From NCBI GenBank assembly GCA_964187785.1, contig OZ076409.1:44084001-44148000 (forward strand): a DNA stretch of 64,000 nt, read 5' to 3'. Below the pieces are notes generated by a model. It did not search any database. It saw nothing but the letters and a program-made list of their open reading frames with translations, and was not told the DNA's origin. The stretch comes from Amphiscolops sp. MND2022 (Eukaryota). Of the stretch, positions 35,154-54,476 are shown piece after piece; position 1 is the stretch's first letter, and each line of letters starts with the position of its first letter. A program made the translations under genes and the position numbers.

Positions 35154-37353
35154 AATTTATATATTTAATTCCATGCTAGCAACATTTAGAGCATGAAATA
35201 TTTAGTTTTATATGTTTGTCGGTGACAAAAAAGTTCGATCGTGATATGCATATTTCCTTTCTGTAAATTCATGATATCAAATGTTATTTAGTCCTTGTCT
35301 TTTTTATTTTTAATTAAATTTGAGCTTTGGAAATGAGAATTCAAGATGTCATGTAAGAAAAAATTAAAATTTCCTTAATCAAGTGACAGCTTTAATTTGT
35401 TTGCACTCTTTGCTTAGCTCAAACCGCTAAAAGTAAAGTTGGTGTCAACTGGCGAAGCTCAGTAAGTTTCGAATAGCTCAGTAACTCTTTATGCTTAACT
35501 GCACTCAGGCCGCACATGTTTTATTCAATATAGTTTTGGTGCGTCATATTGTTCGAGTGCTTTGCTTCATTTTTATTCTTGTGGAATTATTACATCTCTT
35601 TCTTGATGCCAAATTGGTTAGTTCGTTTCTGTAATAGAAGTATGATGTAAGTTTTTCAATTTCAGTCCAAGTTCATACGTGAACTTGATGAATTTAATGT
35701 AACAAAACGGTTGCGTGTCACCCCGTATATTAAGGCATGCATAATGGACTTCGAAAGTATTCCATATATGTCATCGCGCTTTGGTCAATAGTTTTCGGTA
35801 GTTAGGTGACAGATTGTTTATCCGCGCCAATATGTTTTCCAAATTTCTAATCGCCGTACCATTCATTGCCATTCATACACTGACCCGTTTATCAAAAATT
35901 AATTTTCGTGTCATTGAACAGATGCTTCGTAATTTTTTTGTTTTGAGTGCGCGGTTGAGCTGCTTTTCATCAGTGGTAACCTCAATCGGACTGATGAAGT
36001 ATGATTTTTACTTTTCCAATTTTCAAGTCTGGAGTATTTTTGCGTGTTCATAATGTCTGTTATTATGTTCACCCTTCAGTTCAACGTTTTGATGTTACGG
36101 AAATGAAAATCCTTTTTCTCAAAATTGTTGTTTGTGGTGTATAATTAAATATTGTAATCGTTGAAAGTGAAAGTTTGTACATAACCTGACCAAACTGTTC
36201 AACTTAACATGTATCCAATCGCCCTCCCTTCTTTCAGGTCTTGATGATCTGTTTGTTGAACAGCCAGTGCTCCGTGGACACTCTCTGACTACTAGCGTCG
36301 CTACTCTCCGTCTCATATCACCAGAAGGAGTACTACTGTCTTCACATATCACCCACATATCCACCCTATTTAACGACCACGACATCATTCATCGCAACTA
36401 ATACTACATTTCACAATGGTTGATTCGGTAAGTCCCTCAACACTGACTCATTTTCAATTCACACTCTGAAACAAAACAACAATCGGAAACTTCACCACCA
36501 TTCTCGAGTTTTTTATTCAAATTCCTTATTACTAAGTCCTTTTTTCTTCGACTTCCTGGAATATAGTTTAAAATTCACAATCGACAAGGTTGTAAGACAA
36601 GTGTATAAGACCCACTTCTATTTTGAGCTGAGCATTAGATTGGCCAACTTTCGGTCGAAATTCTCTAAATTTACACTGAAAACAATTAGTTCGGAACCCG
36701 AGTAATTTTGTGGGAAATTAAAAAATGATTGAACAAACGTCATTCAATTTTGGAAGGCACTTCATCAGTTTTGCAAACAATTTGGTTGCTTGCTTTTGAC
36801 CACTCGTATTTACTACTATTGCTGATCAAGTTTTGGCTAATTTAGATGTCCCACAAACTCAGTTTTGAAATTTTGTAGTACTGACAGAAATTACGCCATC
36901 CACTTATTACGATAACGTTTTGTTCATAGAAAATTTGGAGAAAAACTACTTATATATGGGTTTTCCAAAAACTGAATTTTATACCCTATCTTAATACATT
37001 GCATTCAAGTTTTTTCTCCAAGAGCTCTGTTCAGGAAGGTTTCTTTTCAAAATCTTGCAATAAAAGTTATCTCAAACAACACTTCTGTTGAAAAAGCATT
37101 TGGAAGAGAGAAGCTGAAAAAGAGTTCAAAGTTGTTGAAAATTTCAGTTAAGTTTTAAGTGATATCAGTAGTAAAATGCAAAGTTTTTTTTAATTGATCT
37201 TGAAGTTTCAAACAAAATTGTCTCTAAGCAGCTCAAAAAATAAACTGTTTTACAGGTTTCCAAAATACCCTTCGTTGATTTTGATCTCCTTTATTCGAGT
37301 CCAATTCATTTTTACAATCAGCGGTCCAACTTATTCATTACAGTATTGTAGTA

Positions 37354-38158
37354 TTTTTTAGTCGGCGCTTACGAGGTAAAAGCCGACTCTAGCTGTTTGT
37401 TTTTTTGCAAGACCAGCGAACTGACACATTTCTATAACTTAGTACCATCGAACTGCCATTTGGCCTAGGGGTTAAATCCGATTTCCAGTCCTGGTGACGG
37501 GGTCTGACGAGCAGGAGTACGTGCATTCGAGCCTCGCGCTAAACCAATTTTTTTGTGGTTGTAAAAGTAAAGGGGAAACCAGACGGTTACCCTTTGGGAT
37601 TTTTTCCGGCACTATGCGACTTTTTTTCAGAATTTCTTCCAACTGAAGTTCCCTTTCGATTTTTAGCAGGAACCCTGCATTCTGCGAGCATAAGAGGGCC
37701 ACCTTGGGTTTTCTACGGCACAATACGACTTACCGAAGATGTTTGTTTTTGTGGGAAATTTTTTCGATTTTTTTCCTGTAAGGAAACCCCTTTCCCGAGT
37801 CATGAGGGTGACCTCATTGAGTTTTTAGTCTTGTAGAACTGATGAGAGTTTTCTCAATGATTGCGGAAAAGACCTACACTATTTTTCGGCACTATACGAT
37901 TTTTTTTGAAAACAAATTTTGTTTGGTCAAAGTTACTTTATTCACTTTCATAATTGTTTTCGGCTTGATAAACTTTTTTCCACTATGAGACGTTTTCTCA
38001 AGAAAAATTTTTGTAAACTTTTTTCATAAGGGTTTTATGTGTTTCCAGTTGACTAAAAAGTGGTTTTCGAGTCTTATGCGTATCCCTTCGTATATTCAAG
38101 ACACTTGGTTCTGTTGAAATTTGAGCGAGGCGCCGACTTGGGCCGTTCCCGGCTTGTT
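37354..38158 (+). mobile_element. Helentron/DINE-1-like non-autonomous element with tRNA-derived internal box
   Basis: Sub-terminal IRs AGTCGGCGC (37360) and GCGCCGACT (38130), partial IR GCCGACT near the 5' end, 3' hairpin GGGCCG-TTCC-CGGCTT, T-rich flanks, no TSD. Confidence 0.8.
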
Positions 38159-38683
38159 TAAATTCAGTTCAAATTTCTTGGTTGAATGGAGGGGCTGGGG
38201 AGATGACTCTGCGCACGCATTGATAGAAACTGCCGATTACAATGAGTAAAACATGCTTTATGTTCCCAGTGTGCCTTATGAGGTACCAATCAGTTGTTCC
38301 GCTTCCATTTCAAAAAATATAATGAAAAGCTGGAATTTTTACGATTTCGAAAGTTATAAAAGATTCCCGTGCCATGTATTCCCTTTTTCTTAACGGAAGC
38401 AATACGCACAGTCGATTTCGCTTTCATCTATTTTCATTCAGTCAAATTAGATTCAAGTCTCTCAGAGAAGGAGTAATTGACTGTGTACAGCGTTGTAATG
38501 GTTTGTTAACTTGACCTCGCTTTGCACTTAAATGGAACATTTGATTATATTTGTCGAACTTGTCCTATCGAATCATTTCGTGGAGTGGTGCTGCTGCGAT
38601 AGTAGTTTAGTCTTGTAGTTTTGCCGCCTAAAGTTTAGAACCTAAAGTTACTGACCTGCCTCCACTCATAAAACTAAGAAAGT

Positions 38684-46042
<7,359 letters not shown>

Positions 46043-47837
46043 TCAGCGCTTGTTGTCAACCTCAACTAAATTTATTGCTGGGTCACTGTTATTATTATGT
46101 AATACGAAGTGTGTTAATGATCTCAAAGTATCATCAAATGTTTCCTTACTCAGTTTTTGACTTCATCTATGCTCACTGAGCCACTGATCAAATGGCATTT
46201 GGTTTTCTAGAGCTTTGAAACATTCAAATACTTGCCTGTGGTGCTTCTTGCTGTAAGTCTGTCTGTTAGTGCTGCTTGGTTCTAGGAGAGTCATTCAGTA
46301 TATTTTTATGCTGTTATCAACTTCGAATGTTGTGGGCAAATTACCTTTTCGTGCAGCAATGTGTCTCGGAGTAATGGGTGGATGGTCATTTAACTAATTT
46401 TATAAATACATTTCAGTGAAATTTCCCGAATTCTTTATTGTAAATCTATATTGAATCAGTTTGTTAAATTCAAAATATGTATTGAATTGCATACTTTCTT
46501 CAACCCTGAAATGTCTGTTGATGGGGCCATTGACATTTTCCATTTTGTTTATTGGCACTGCTCGATTAGGCAAAGTTCAAAGTTCGTTTTTGCTGCTAAC
46601 AAAGGAAATGAAAGTCAGATGAAAAGTTTTTTTGCCACCTATTTCCGTAGTTTTGTTTTCATGGTAAATATTTGTGAGCAAGCAATCAAACTATTTCAAA
46701 TGTATGTGGGTTGACTCTTTTCTAAACTCCTGAATCTTGATTGTTATCCAAACTTTATGCAATGTAACCTAAAAGTGGTCTATGATCGAAATTTTTTGTT
46801 GAATTCCCAGGTTAAAGTCTTTCGAAAGTTGTTTGTAAATTTCCCGAACTTCGTATGCTCATTCGTTTGAAGCTGCTCATGATATTGTTTTGAGAAAAAC
46901 CTAACGATTTTAATCTTTACCTAATTGTGCATTCAGTATCCTATTTCAAATTACCTTCATGTTGGCGAGTAAGGATTTCAATTTGTTTCCCGAGCGCTGA
47001 ATTTGATTAACTTGAAAGTGGTAATAATTGAAAATCATCAATTTTTAAAGCCGTTCTTTCAGTTTCGAATATTCTGCAAAATTTTGAAGTCATTGATTTT
47101 TGGGATTGTATTTGACAATGTTGGGTTGATCGTTGACTAATAGATACTTATGGTGATGAAGCATCATTTTGCTCTCGTTAGGTAGCTGTCCTTCTATGAG
47201 CAGAGCATTATAATTTGCCAATGAAAATTGTCCGTTTTAGAAACGTCATTAACAACTTTGAAATGTCAATAGTGCCCGAAATAAATCAATGAATGGTCTA
47301 GTGTTTGGTTTTGACGGAGGCCGCTGTTAATGAGCGCGACAAGGAAGCCCAAGTCTTGAAACAAGCAATTCCACTTAATTTGACCTAAATTAGATGTTTC
47401 AATCTAGATTTTCGAGATGTATAGCAGTTTGATCAGTTGATTGATCGGAACCAGTCTTTTTACTTACGGCTTGTTCCATATTTCTACGATGTAAAGTTGC
47501 GTTTGCTACAGTGGTGTTGTCATTTTTAGTCTGAGATTCCGCAGGCTATAGAAGTGGCTTTTTTCAGAGATACGAACTGACAGGTTATATAACAAAAGGC
47601 CCGCAGAGCAGCGAGATATTTTGCGCCCCAAACTGTTCTACAACGACATAAATTTGAGGCTCAAGAATACCCAATGCACAATGAAAATGCAAAGAAGTTC
47701 GAAGAAAAGAAAGTTTTTATTCATCTTAGCCCATTTCTAACACGCTAAGTGTAAACACCTAGTTAATAAACACGCTAAGTACCTAATTGTTTTGTTGTTT
47801 TACTATGTGGATACCAGTACCTAACATACCAAATTAT

Positions 47838-48476
47838 CAATCGGCGTTTTCCGTCAGGAAGGAGCGACTATAGTCATGGCTTTTCGTCAGCATTTTTTCG
47901 ATAACAACTTTTCAAGCACCTTCTCACTTCCACTTAACCTAGTGGTTAACGCAGATTTCCTGCAGTGTTAGAAGTAAGTGTACGTGGGTTGGAGTCTCGC
48001 ACTCAACCAAAAAAGTTTTCATGTAAGAAAAGTAGGGGAAGACCAAAGGGTACCTCTTTAGAACTTCTTCGTGATTGTTTCTTTTTTCACCTTTTTTGCA
48101 AGTATGAATTCCCTCCTCGGTTTTTCAACAGAAACCACAGCGTTTTGCAAGCATACCTCGTCACTTTTCGTTTTTTCGGCACTGCGACTAATAGCGTTAA
48201 GAGAAATTTTTTCCGAAAACCATTATCGAAACGTTTTTTGCAATTTTAGGTTTTTGATGTCTTTCCGAAACATTCATCTGGTCGAACGGTACCCCTCACT
48301 TTCATAACTGATTTCGGCTTGAGAAAAAGTAGTTCTGCCAGCTGAAACTTTTCGGGACTCTGGAACTTTTCCGAAAAAAAATTAAAAATGGATTTTTTTC
48401 TTCTTGGGGAAAAAGTAGTTTCCGAGTCTCAGGCGTATTTCTCTCGGGCGTCAATTTGGGCTCGTCCCGGCTCGTT
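47838..48476 (+). mobile_element. Helentron/DINE-1-like element, diverged
   Basis: Starts atcggcg, ends gggctcgtcccggctcgtt; internal blocks shared with the 37354 copy. Confidence 0.65.
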
Positions 48477-49710
48477 ATATTATTGCAGAAAACGTCACCA
48501 GAAGTTTAGACCATTTTAACCCACGAAGTAGCTCGAAAGTTTTACAAAAAGTTCCAGCAAAACGTTAAATCTTTCTTGACTTTTGGGTCATCCTCATGTT
48601 TTATTCCTACGTGGGTCACTGCAAAAACTATATTCTTTGGAAGGCGTACTCCACGCTTTGTGACTTTGCTGTGTGTAACGGCCGCTCAAATCTTACAGCG
48701 GAATTGAGCTTTCTGCCGGTCCCTGATCCTTCCCACTTCTTCGGCCAAAAGCAGGAACAAACTTTCTAAAGGACTGTATCTGTTCAATGAGTTCTCAGCT
48801 GCTAGCGGCTTCGTGCTCCTCAACACCAGACTCTTCAGGCTAAGCAACACTTCGATCCCAATCCCTCTTTTGACTGGAAATCTGCTTCACCTCTTGTTGT
48901 CCGGAGGTCGTACGCTCAACCACAGCAACTGATCGTCCTCAACGGATTGTTTCCACCCAAGCCTCCAAAGAGGGTTGTCGTTTCAATTGAATAGCTCTTA
49001 CGATGAGCTTTTAATCTCGCTACTACGATGAGCGATAATAGAACGCTTTCCTAGATCTTAGACCTACTACGCCTAATGAAGCTATTTCAAGAGTACTTTT
49101 CTGATTGATTTGGACTCCTAAAACAGCTGATCGTTTATTTTTTCGATCGTTGAGTAGTGCAATGCTACCCTCCCAGTCACAACCTGTCTAAACCGGAACC
49201 GGGGTAGCTACTCAACAGCTGTCAAAGACATTTAAGTTTCAAGAATATTTTAATTAGCGTTCTGAATATGGTATCAAAATTGGTCAAATTTATACTCTAC
49301 TCAGCGGATGTACAGTTGATAACCTTTAAAATCACAGGATATTCAAATAACAAAGTTACATAATATCACTTTTTCCATCACGTTTTCGGACCTCTCACAC
49401 CTCCAATTTGGAAATTCCTTCCAAAATTTTCCATAAAGAGGTAAATCTATCAATGAAACTGCAATATGAACGGCAATTTGACCGATAGGTTGGATAGATA
49501 ACATTTGCCTCAAATCACGCCACCGTTCTCGTTCGAATAGAATCAAAGTACAATGAACTTTGGGACAAACATTAAGCGCCATTACCAAATTGATCATTTG
49601 ACTTCAACTAATCACAACAGCACAGGTTAGTTAATTACGCTTTTGAGTTTCGAGTGTTTTACAAAGTTTTGTAACTCAAGATTTCCAGCTAATATGTTCA
49701 AGTTGGTTTC

Positions 49711-52705
49711 TCAATCTCTGGCGCCAACATCGCCGGCCCTGTTTTCTCTCTGAAAACAATCGTCCAATAGTGGCGCCAGCTTCACAGCGGGTCGAACGAA
49801 TATCCCATTTGAAGTCTGTATCTTTGCTGATCGAACCACTCCATCACTGCCCGGGAAGACATCCAAAACTCTAGCCATTTGATTTTTGCACCGCTTCACT
49901 GACTCATCAATGACCCACACCAGATCACCTACTTGGAGGGCTCGCACGTCATTGCTCCCCCATTTAGGTCGCACGTTCCATTGCGGCAGATAATCGCGAG
50001 CCCATCTTTTCCATATCATTTCATGATATGCTTGAGACGCTTTGTAGAGCTTTCGACAGTTCACGTATCTTGATGCATCCGGAAATAATGGCTCCGAAAT
50101 TGCAGGTCTGCCCAGTAGAAAATGGTTAGGCGTTAATGCCTCTAGATCCTCTGGATCATCACTGACAGGCGTCAAAGGCCTTGAATTTAGCGTCTGTTCA
50201 ACCAGACACATCGTTGTGGTGAGTACTGGTAGAGTCAAGCGTCGACTTCCCAAGATAGCAATCATAGACTTTTTGCAACTTCTCACAAGTCGCTCCCATA
50301 TACCACCGAAATGTGGCGCTCCGGGGGGATTGAATTGCCAAACGACGCGCTGCTTTGCAAGATTTTCCGAAATAGCATCTTGATTCCATTCACTGAAGCA
50401 TTCTTTGAACTCCCGTGCAGCTCCAACAAAGTTAGTGCCATTGTCACTGATGATTTTCAATGGCTTGCCTCTCCTTGCCATGAATCGCGTGATTGCCATC
50501 ATGCACGCGTCTGTGTCCAAGCCGTTCACGACTTCGATGTGAACTGCTCTAGTGACTAGACAAGTGAAGAGACAACACCAGTACTTGACTGTCTTCCTGA
50601 AGAATGTCACTTCGAAGGGTCCAAAGTAGTCGACCCCTGTGTTGCTGAAAGGGTACACGTTCTGCTGCACTCGCTCCTTAGGCAAGTCTGCCATGTGAGG
50701 TTGAAACGGTTGTGAAGCAGCTTTCCGACATTGTACACAGCTGTACTTGATGCGTCTCAAAGCGTTTCTGAGTCCAGTTATCCAGTATTGTTGCTGGAGT
50801 ATGTTTCTGACATGCTCAGTTCCTTCATGATGATTGTCCACGTGAGCTTGTCTCACGAGAAGAACAATCGCAGGGTGTTTAGCTGAAAGAAGAATTGGAT
50901 GCTTCGTCTCATCAGGAAGCATTGACTTGTTCAGCCGTCCTTTCAGTCTAATTGTGCCCTGCTTGTCTAGAAATGGACACAATTTAGCCAAGTCATTCTT
51001 GGCAGGCTTTCCACTACTTTTGATGAGCTTTTCATACAGCTCAGGGTAGCTCTCCCGCTGTGAGAGTTGCAGGATCGTCAATTCTGCTGAATTCAGCTCA
51101 TCGGGCATCAAGGGTCCTCTTCTTTTGTTTTTGATTCTTCGACAGTAGACAAGCATATTGAGTAATCGCTTGAATTGGCTGAATCTAGTCCAATCAAGAA
51201 TACTCTCTCTGGAAGCTATAGTCCATGTTTGTTCGTCCTCGTGTTCGACTAACTGCTGCTCTGGCCAGTTCTCCGGTTCATCTTGCAACCAGGCCGGCCC
51301 GTGTAGCCACTCACTTTCTCGCAACTGCTCAAGAGTGACACCTCGAGTTCCAATATCCGCAGGGTTCATGGAGCCTTTCACATGTCGCCACTCGTCTACA
51401 GTTGATTGATCAAGTATTTCCCCGACTCTGTTAGCGACGAACACCTGTTGTTTCTTATGTGCTGCATGAAGCCACCTCAGCACTGTCATTGAATCCGTCC
51501 AATGGGTCACTGAATCCATTTTGATGTCGTGTTCCTTCTCTATCAGCTGCCTAAGTCTCACCGAGTACAATGCTGCTTGCAGCTCCAGCTTGGGTATAGT
51601 TTGTTGTTTCATTGGGGCTATTCGGCACTTTCCCGTCACGAATGAAACTTCTGTTCCGCTTGGTGTAAGAGCCCTTATGTACGCAACAATGCACATGGAT
51701 TCCAAAGAGGCGTCTGAAAAGATGTGCAAGTCCACTTTATCAAACTGGCTCATGAAGTATCTGCGTCTCAGTGGAGAACTTGGCAATTGATTCAACTCGT
51801 TAGCCCATGTTAGGAAAACTGTCTGATCATCAATGTCAATTTCTTGATCCCATTGTTGACCTGTCTTCGCCCAGATCGTCTTCAGCAACATCCTCATTCT
51901 CATTGTGAATGGTGCAAATAGTCCAAGTGGGTCGAAAACAGAGGCTACGAAAGAGAGTACTGCTCTCTGAGTGATTTTCACTGGCACTTCTTTGTCAGCT
52001 CCACGGCAAACTTCAAGTTCGTCTGCTTCTACTTTCCATTGAAGTCCCAAAAGCGAAGAGGTATGCGGCTCTGCCTCAAAGGTCTTATTGACTGCGTCTG
52101 ATCGATCTTTTTCAGGTATCGAATTACATACAGCTTCACTGTTGCAGATCCATTTCAACAAGTTAAAACCTCCGAGCCTCAATGTCTCTCTCACGTCTTG
52201 GTACACAAAACGTGCTTCTTCTTCAGTCTCTACTGATTTTGCAAAGTCGTCCATGTAGAAGTTCCTTTGGATGATTTTTGCCGCCATGGGGTGGTCCTTT
52301 TCGTTGTCCTTCGCATTTCTCTGCAGCGCAAAATTAGCACAAGTTGGGCTACTCTTTGCTCCAAAAATATGCCGGGTGTATTCATACACGGAGATCGGAT
52401 CACTCGGGTTATTCCTCCATAAGAAACGTAACACCTTGCAGTCTTGCGGTGGCACTTTAACTTGCAAGAACATCGCTTCTATGTCAGCTGTAAGGGCAAT
52501 TGGATGCTCCCGGAACCTGAAGATGATTCCCACCAAGTTTTGAAGGAGGTCAGGTCCCGTGAGAAGCATATCGTTCAGAGAAGTTCCTCGAAATTTCGCT
52601 GCAGCATTGCAAACCCTTCGGACTTTCTCTGGTTTGTGAGGGTTTATCACGGGATGGTGAGGCACGTACCACTGAGTCTCATCCTTCGTTTCTCCAAGTT
52701 CTTCA
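49711..52705 (-). CDS. pol: RT, RNase H, integrase (intact frame, native N-terminus missing)
   Basis: WYVPHHPV, ADIEAMF, FGAKSSP, YMDD, FSDAS, IPKLEL, HHCC, GVDYFGP, SDNGTNF, GGIWE. Confidence 0.93.
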
Positions 52706-54476
52706 AGTAGTTCATCTTGACACTGTCCGGTACTCCAGCTTGATCCACAGTTGCTAGAAACTGCCCAGACCACTCAGGCCACTCGAGAGGATCTCCAGCG
52801 AACTTGTCCAAAACCAGTTTCGGTAGTTTCATTGGTGACATTACTGCTGGAAGAGCTCCGAATGATGTTGTTGCCAACGGTTGATTACGTTGCCATTGTT
52901 TTAATGGGCTGTTGCTCGCAGCGGGCGTTGAGATTGTCTGAGGTACAAACATCTTCTCGGGGTTGAACTTAATTGTTTTCCTTTTGACGTCTGTTTGTTT
53001 TCCGGGCAACGATGGGTCCTTTGAAACATACTCTTGGTCGTCATTGAAGTCGTATGATATGCCTTGTTCTTCACTCTTCACATATAGGTTCGGTTGTCTT
53101 TGGTCCTCGTTCGAGTGATTGAAAAGGTTCCTCGACGACTCCAACCAATCTTTTGTAGTCGCGGCTTTCTCAGTCTCAGAATGATCCATGCTGCAAATGC
53201 TAGATCTCGATGATGCTCGCTCCATTATTTCCAACTTCTTCATTTTCAGATGAAGCTGTTTCTTGCGGGTCATCTCTTCCAATTCTAGTTCCTCCTTTGC
53301 TATTGCCAATTCCATCTCTCGTTGCTTCCGTTTCAACTCAATCTCCTGCTGCTTCTTTCTGATCTCAGCTTCTGTTTGTTCTTCGAAGATTTGTGCTTCA
53401 AGTTCCACACGTCTCCGAGACGATCGAGACGAAGGAATTGATCCCAATTGTTTTCTAGCGCTGCCCATGATATCCTTTGGCTCTTCTGTGATCGGGAATG
53501 CCTTTTGAGGGGATACAACGCTGACTTCAGCTGCCCCTACATTAGGGTTAGGTTCCTCCGTGGGAACGTCCGCTGCTGGAGTTCCTCCAATGGCTCCAGC
53601 ATTTCCTTGCCCGGCAACGCGCTCAGCGTCTTCATTTTCATTGTCTGACAGTATCATTGTTGTCTCCACATTTTGGACGCGTTCTTCGCCTTCCCTCGAT
53701 GCCACCGGTAAGTCGAAATTTTGATGAACCATTTGACTTTGTTTATCTCTGGCATTTTGCTCCTCGCGTTCGTTCAAGTAGCTCAGCCAGCCAAGTAGAT
53801 CTTTCTCCTGCGCACGCTCATCAGCTTCCTCGATTTGTAAAGTGAGCAAAAGAGGTTTGATGAGTTGCCGCTTCTGCTGTTGAAGCTTTCTATGTTCCTC
53901 TAGTCTATGAGTAAACCGTTGAAGGAGTTGACGTATCTTTGACACTCTGTCCTTTTGTCCGATCAAAGCATTTATCTCTCGTTTCAACTCCGCTTGGGAT
54001 TGAAGAATGTCTCGTTGTTTGTCTTCCAACTTCCCATATTCCACAATAGATGCTTTGGTTATGAGGAGCTCTGATTTCTTGACAATCCATTTGAGGGCAG
54101 CGTTGTTTGTCGTCCATAGCTCCACTGCTTTGTCCAATCCAAAAAGAATTCGTTTTTGATGAGCTAAAAGCTCTTCAAGTGCCTTTGTTTTCAACATTGA
54201 TGTGATCGAGGTCACCAAGTCCATGAACTTCTGCTTTTCAGTTGAGAATTCACTGTAGAATTTCCCCAAGACGACCAGTTTGGTATCTGGAGTCCAGTCA
54301 GTTTTCTTGCTGAATTCATCTGTTGAGACAATCACATTCAAGTTTTTGAAGCTATTATCTAGGGCATCAACGCCAGCTTTCCATTTGGCAAGATCACCTG
54401 ACTTCTTCAGGTCCTTCAACCTTTTGTCGTCCTTGAACCATGTTATATCGAGCTCCGGTATTACGTTCGAAGCCAT
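52647..54476 (-). CDS. gag, C-terminally truncated by deletion
   Basis: MASNVIPE start; KLPKLVLDKFAGDPLEWPEW..KMNYLK, then out-of-frame pol sequence. Confidence 0.85.
   Translation of the reverse strand: MASNVIPELDITWFKDDKRLKDLKKSGDLAKWKAGVDALDNSFKNLNVIVSTDEFSKKTDWTPDTKLVVLGKFYSEFSTEKQKFMDLVTSITSMLKTKALEELLAHQKRILFGLDKAVELWTTNNAALKWIVKKSELLITKASIVEYGKLEDKQRDILQSQAELKREINALIGQKDRVSKIRQLLQRFTHRLEEHRKLQQQKRQLIKPLLLTLQIEEADERAQEKDLLGWLSYLNEREEQNARDKQSQMVHQNFDLPVASREGEERVQNVETTMILSDNENEDAERVAGQGNAGAIGGTPAADVPTEEPNPNVGAAEVSVVSPQKAFPITEEPKDIMGSARKQLGSIPSSRSSRRRVELEAQIFEEQTEAEIRKKQQEIELKRKQREMELAIAKEELELEEMTRKKQLHLKMKKLEIMERASSRSSICSMDHSETEKAATTKDWLESSRNLFNHSNEDQRQPNLYVKSEEQGISYDFNDDQEYVSKDPSLPGKQTDVKRKTIKFNPEKMFVPQTISTPAASNSPLKQWQRNQPLATTSFGALPAVMSPMKLPKLVLDKFAGDPLEWPEWSGQFLATVDQAGVPDSVKMNYLKNLEKRRMRLSGTCLTIP

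Noticed and set aside
36196..36442. Solo LTR (TGTTCA...TCAACA ends)
   Set aside because: Flanks CAAAC and CTGAC do not form a TSD and there is no second copy; left uncalled.
37838..37862. Hammerhead ribozyme (CTGATGA plus hairpin)
   Set aside because: No GAAA after stem II.
49343..49597. 84-aa ORF duplicated at 55207-55461
   Set aside because: Lies inside the LTRs, starts at TTG and has no recognisable motif.
52647..52773. Programmed gag-pol frameshift in BEL element #2
   Set aside because: BEL/Pao gag-pol is one frame across this region in element #1; the overlap is explained by a deletion junction.
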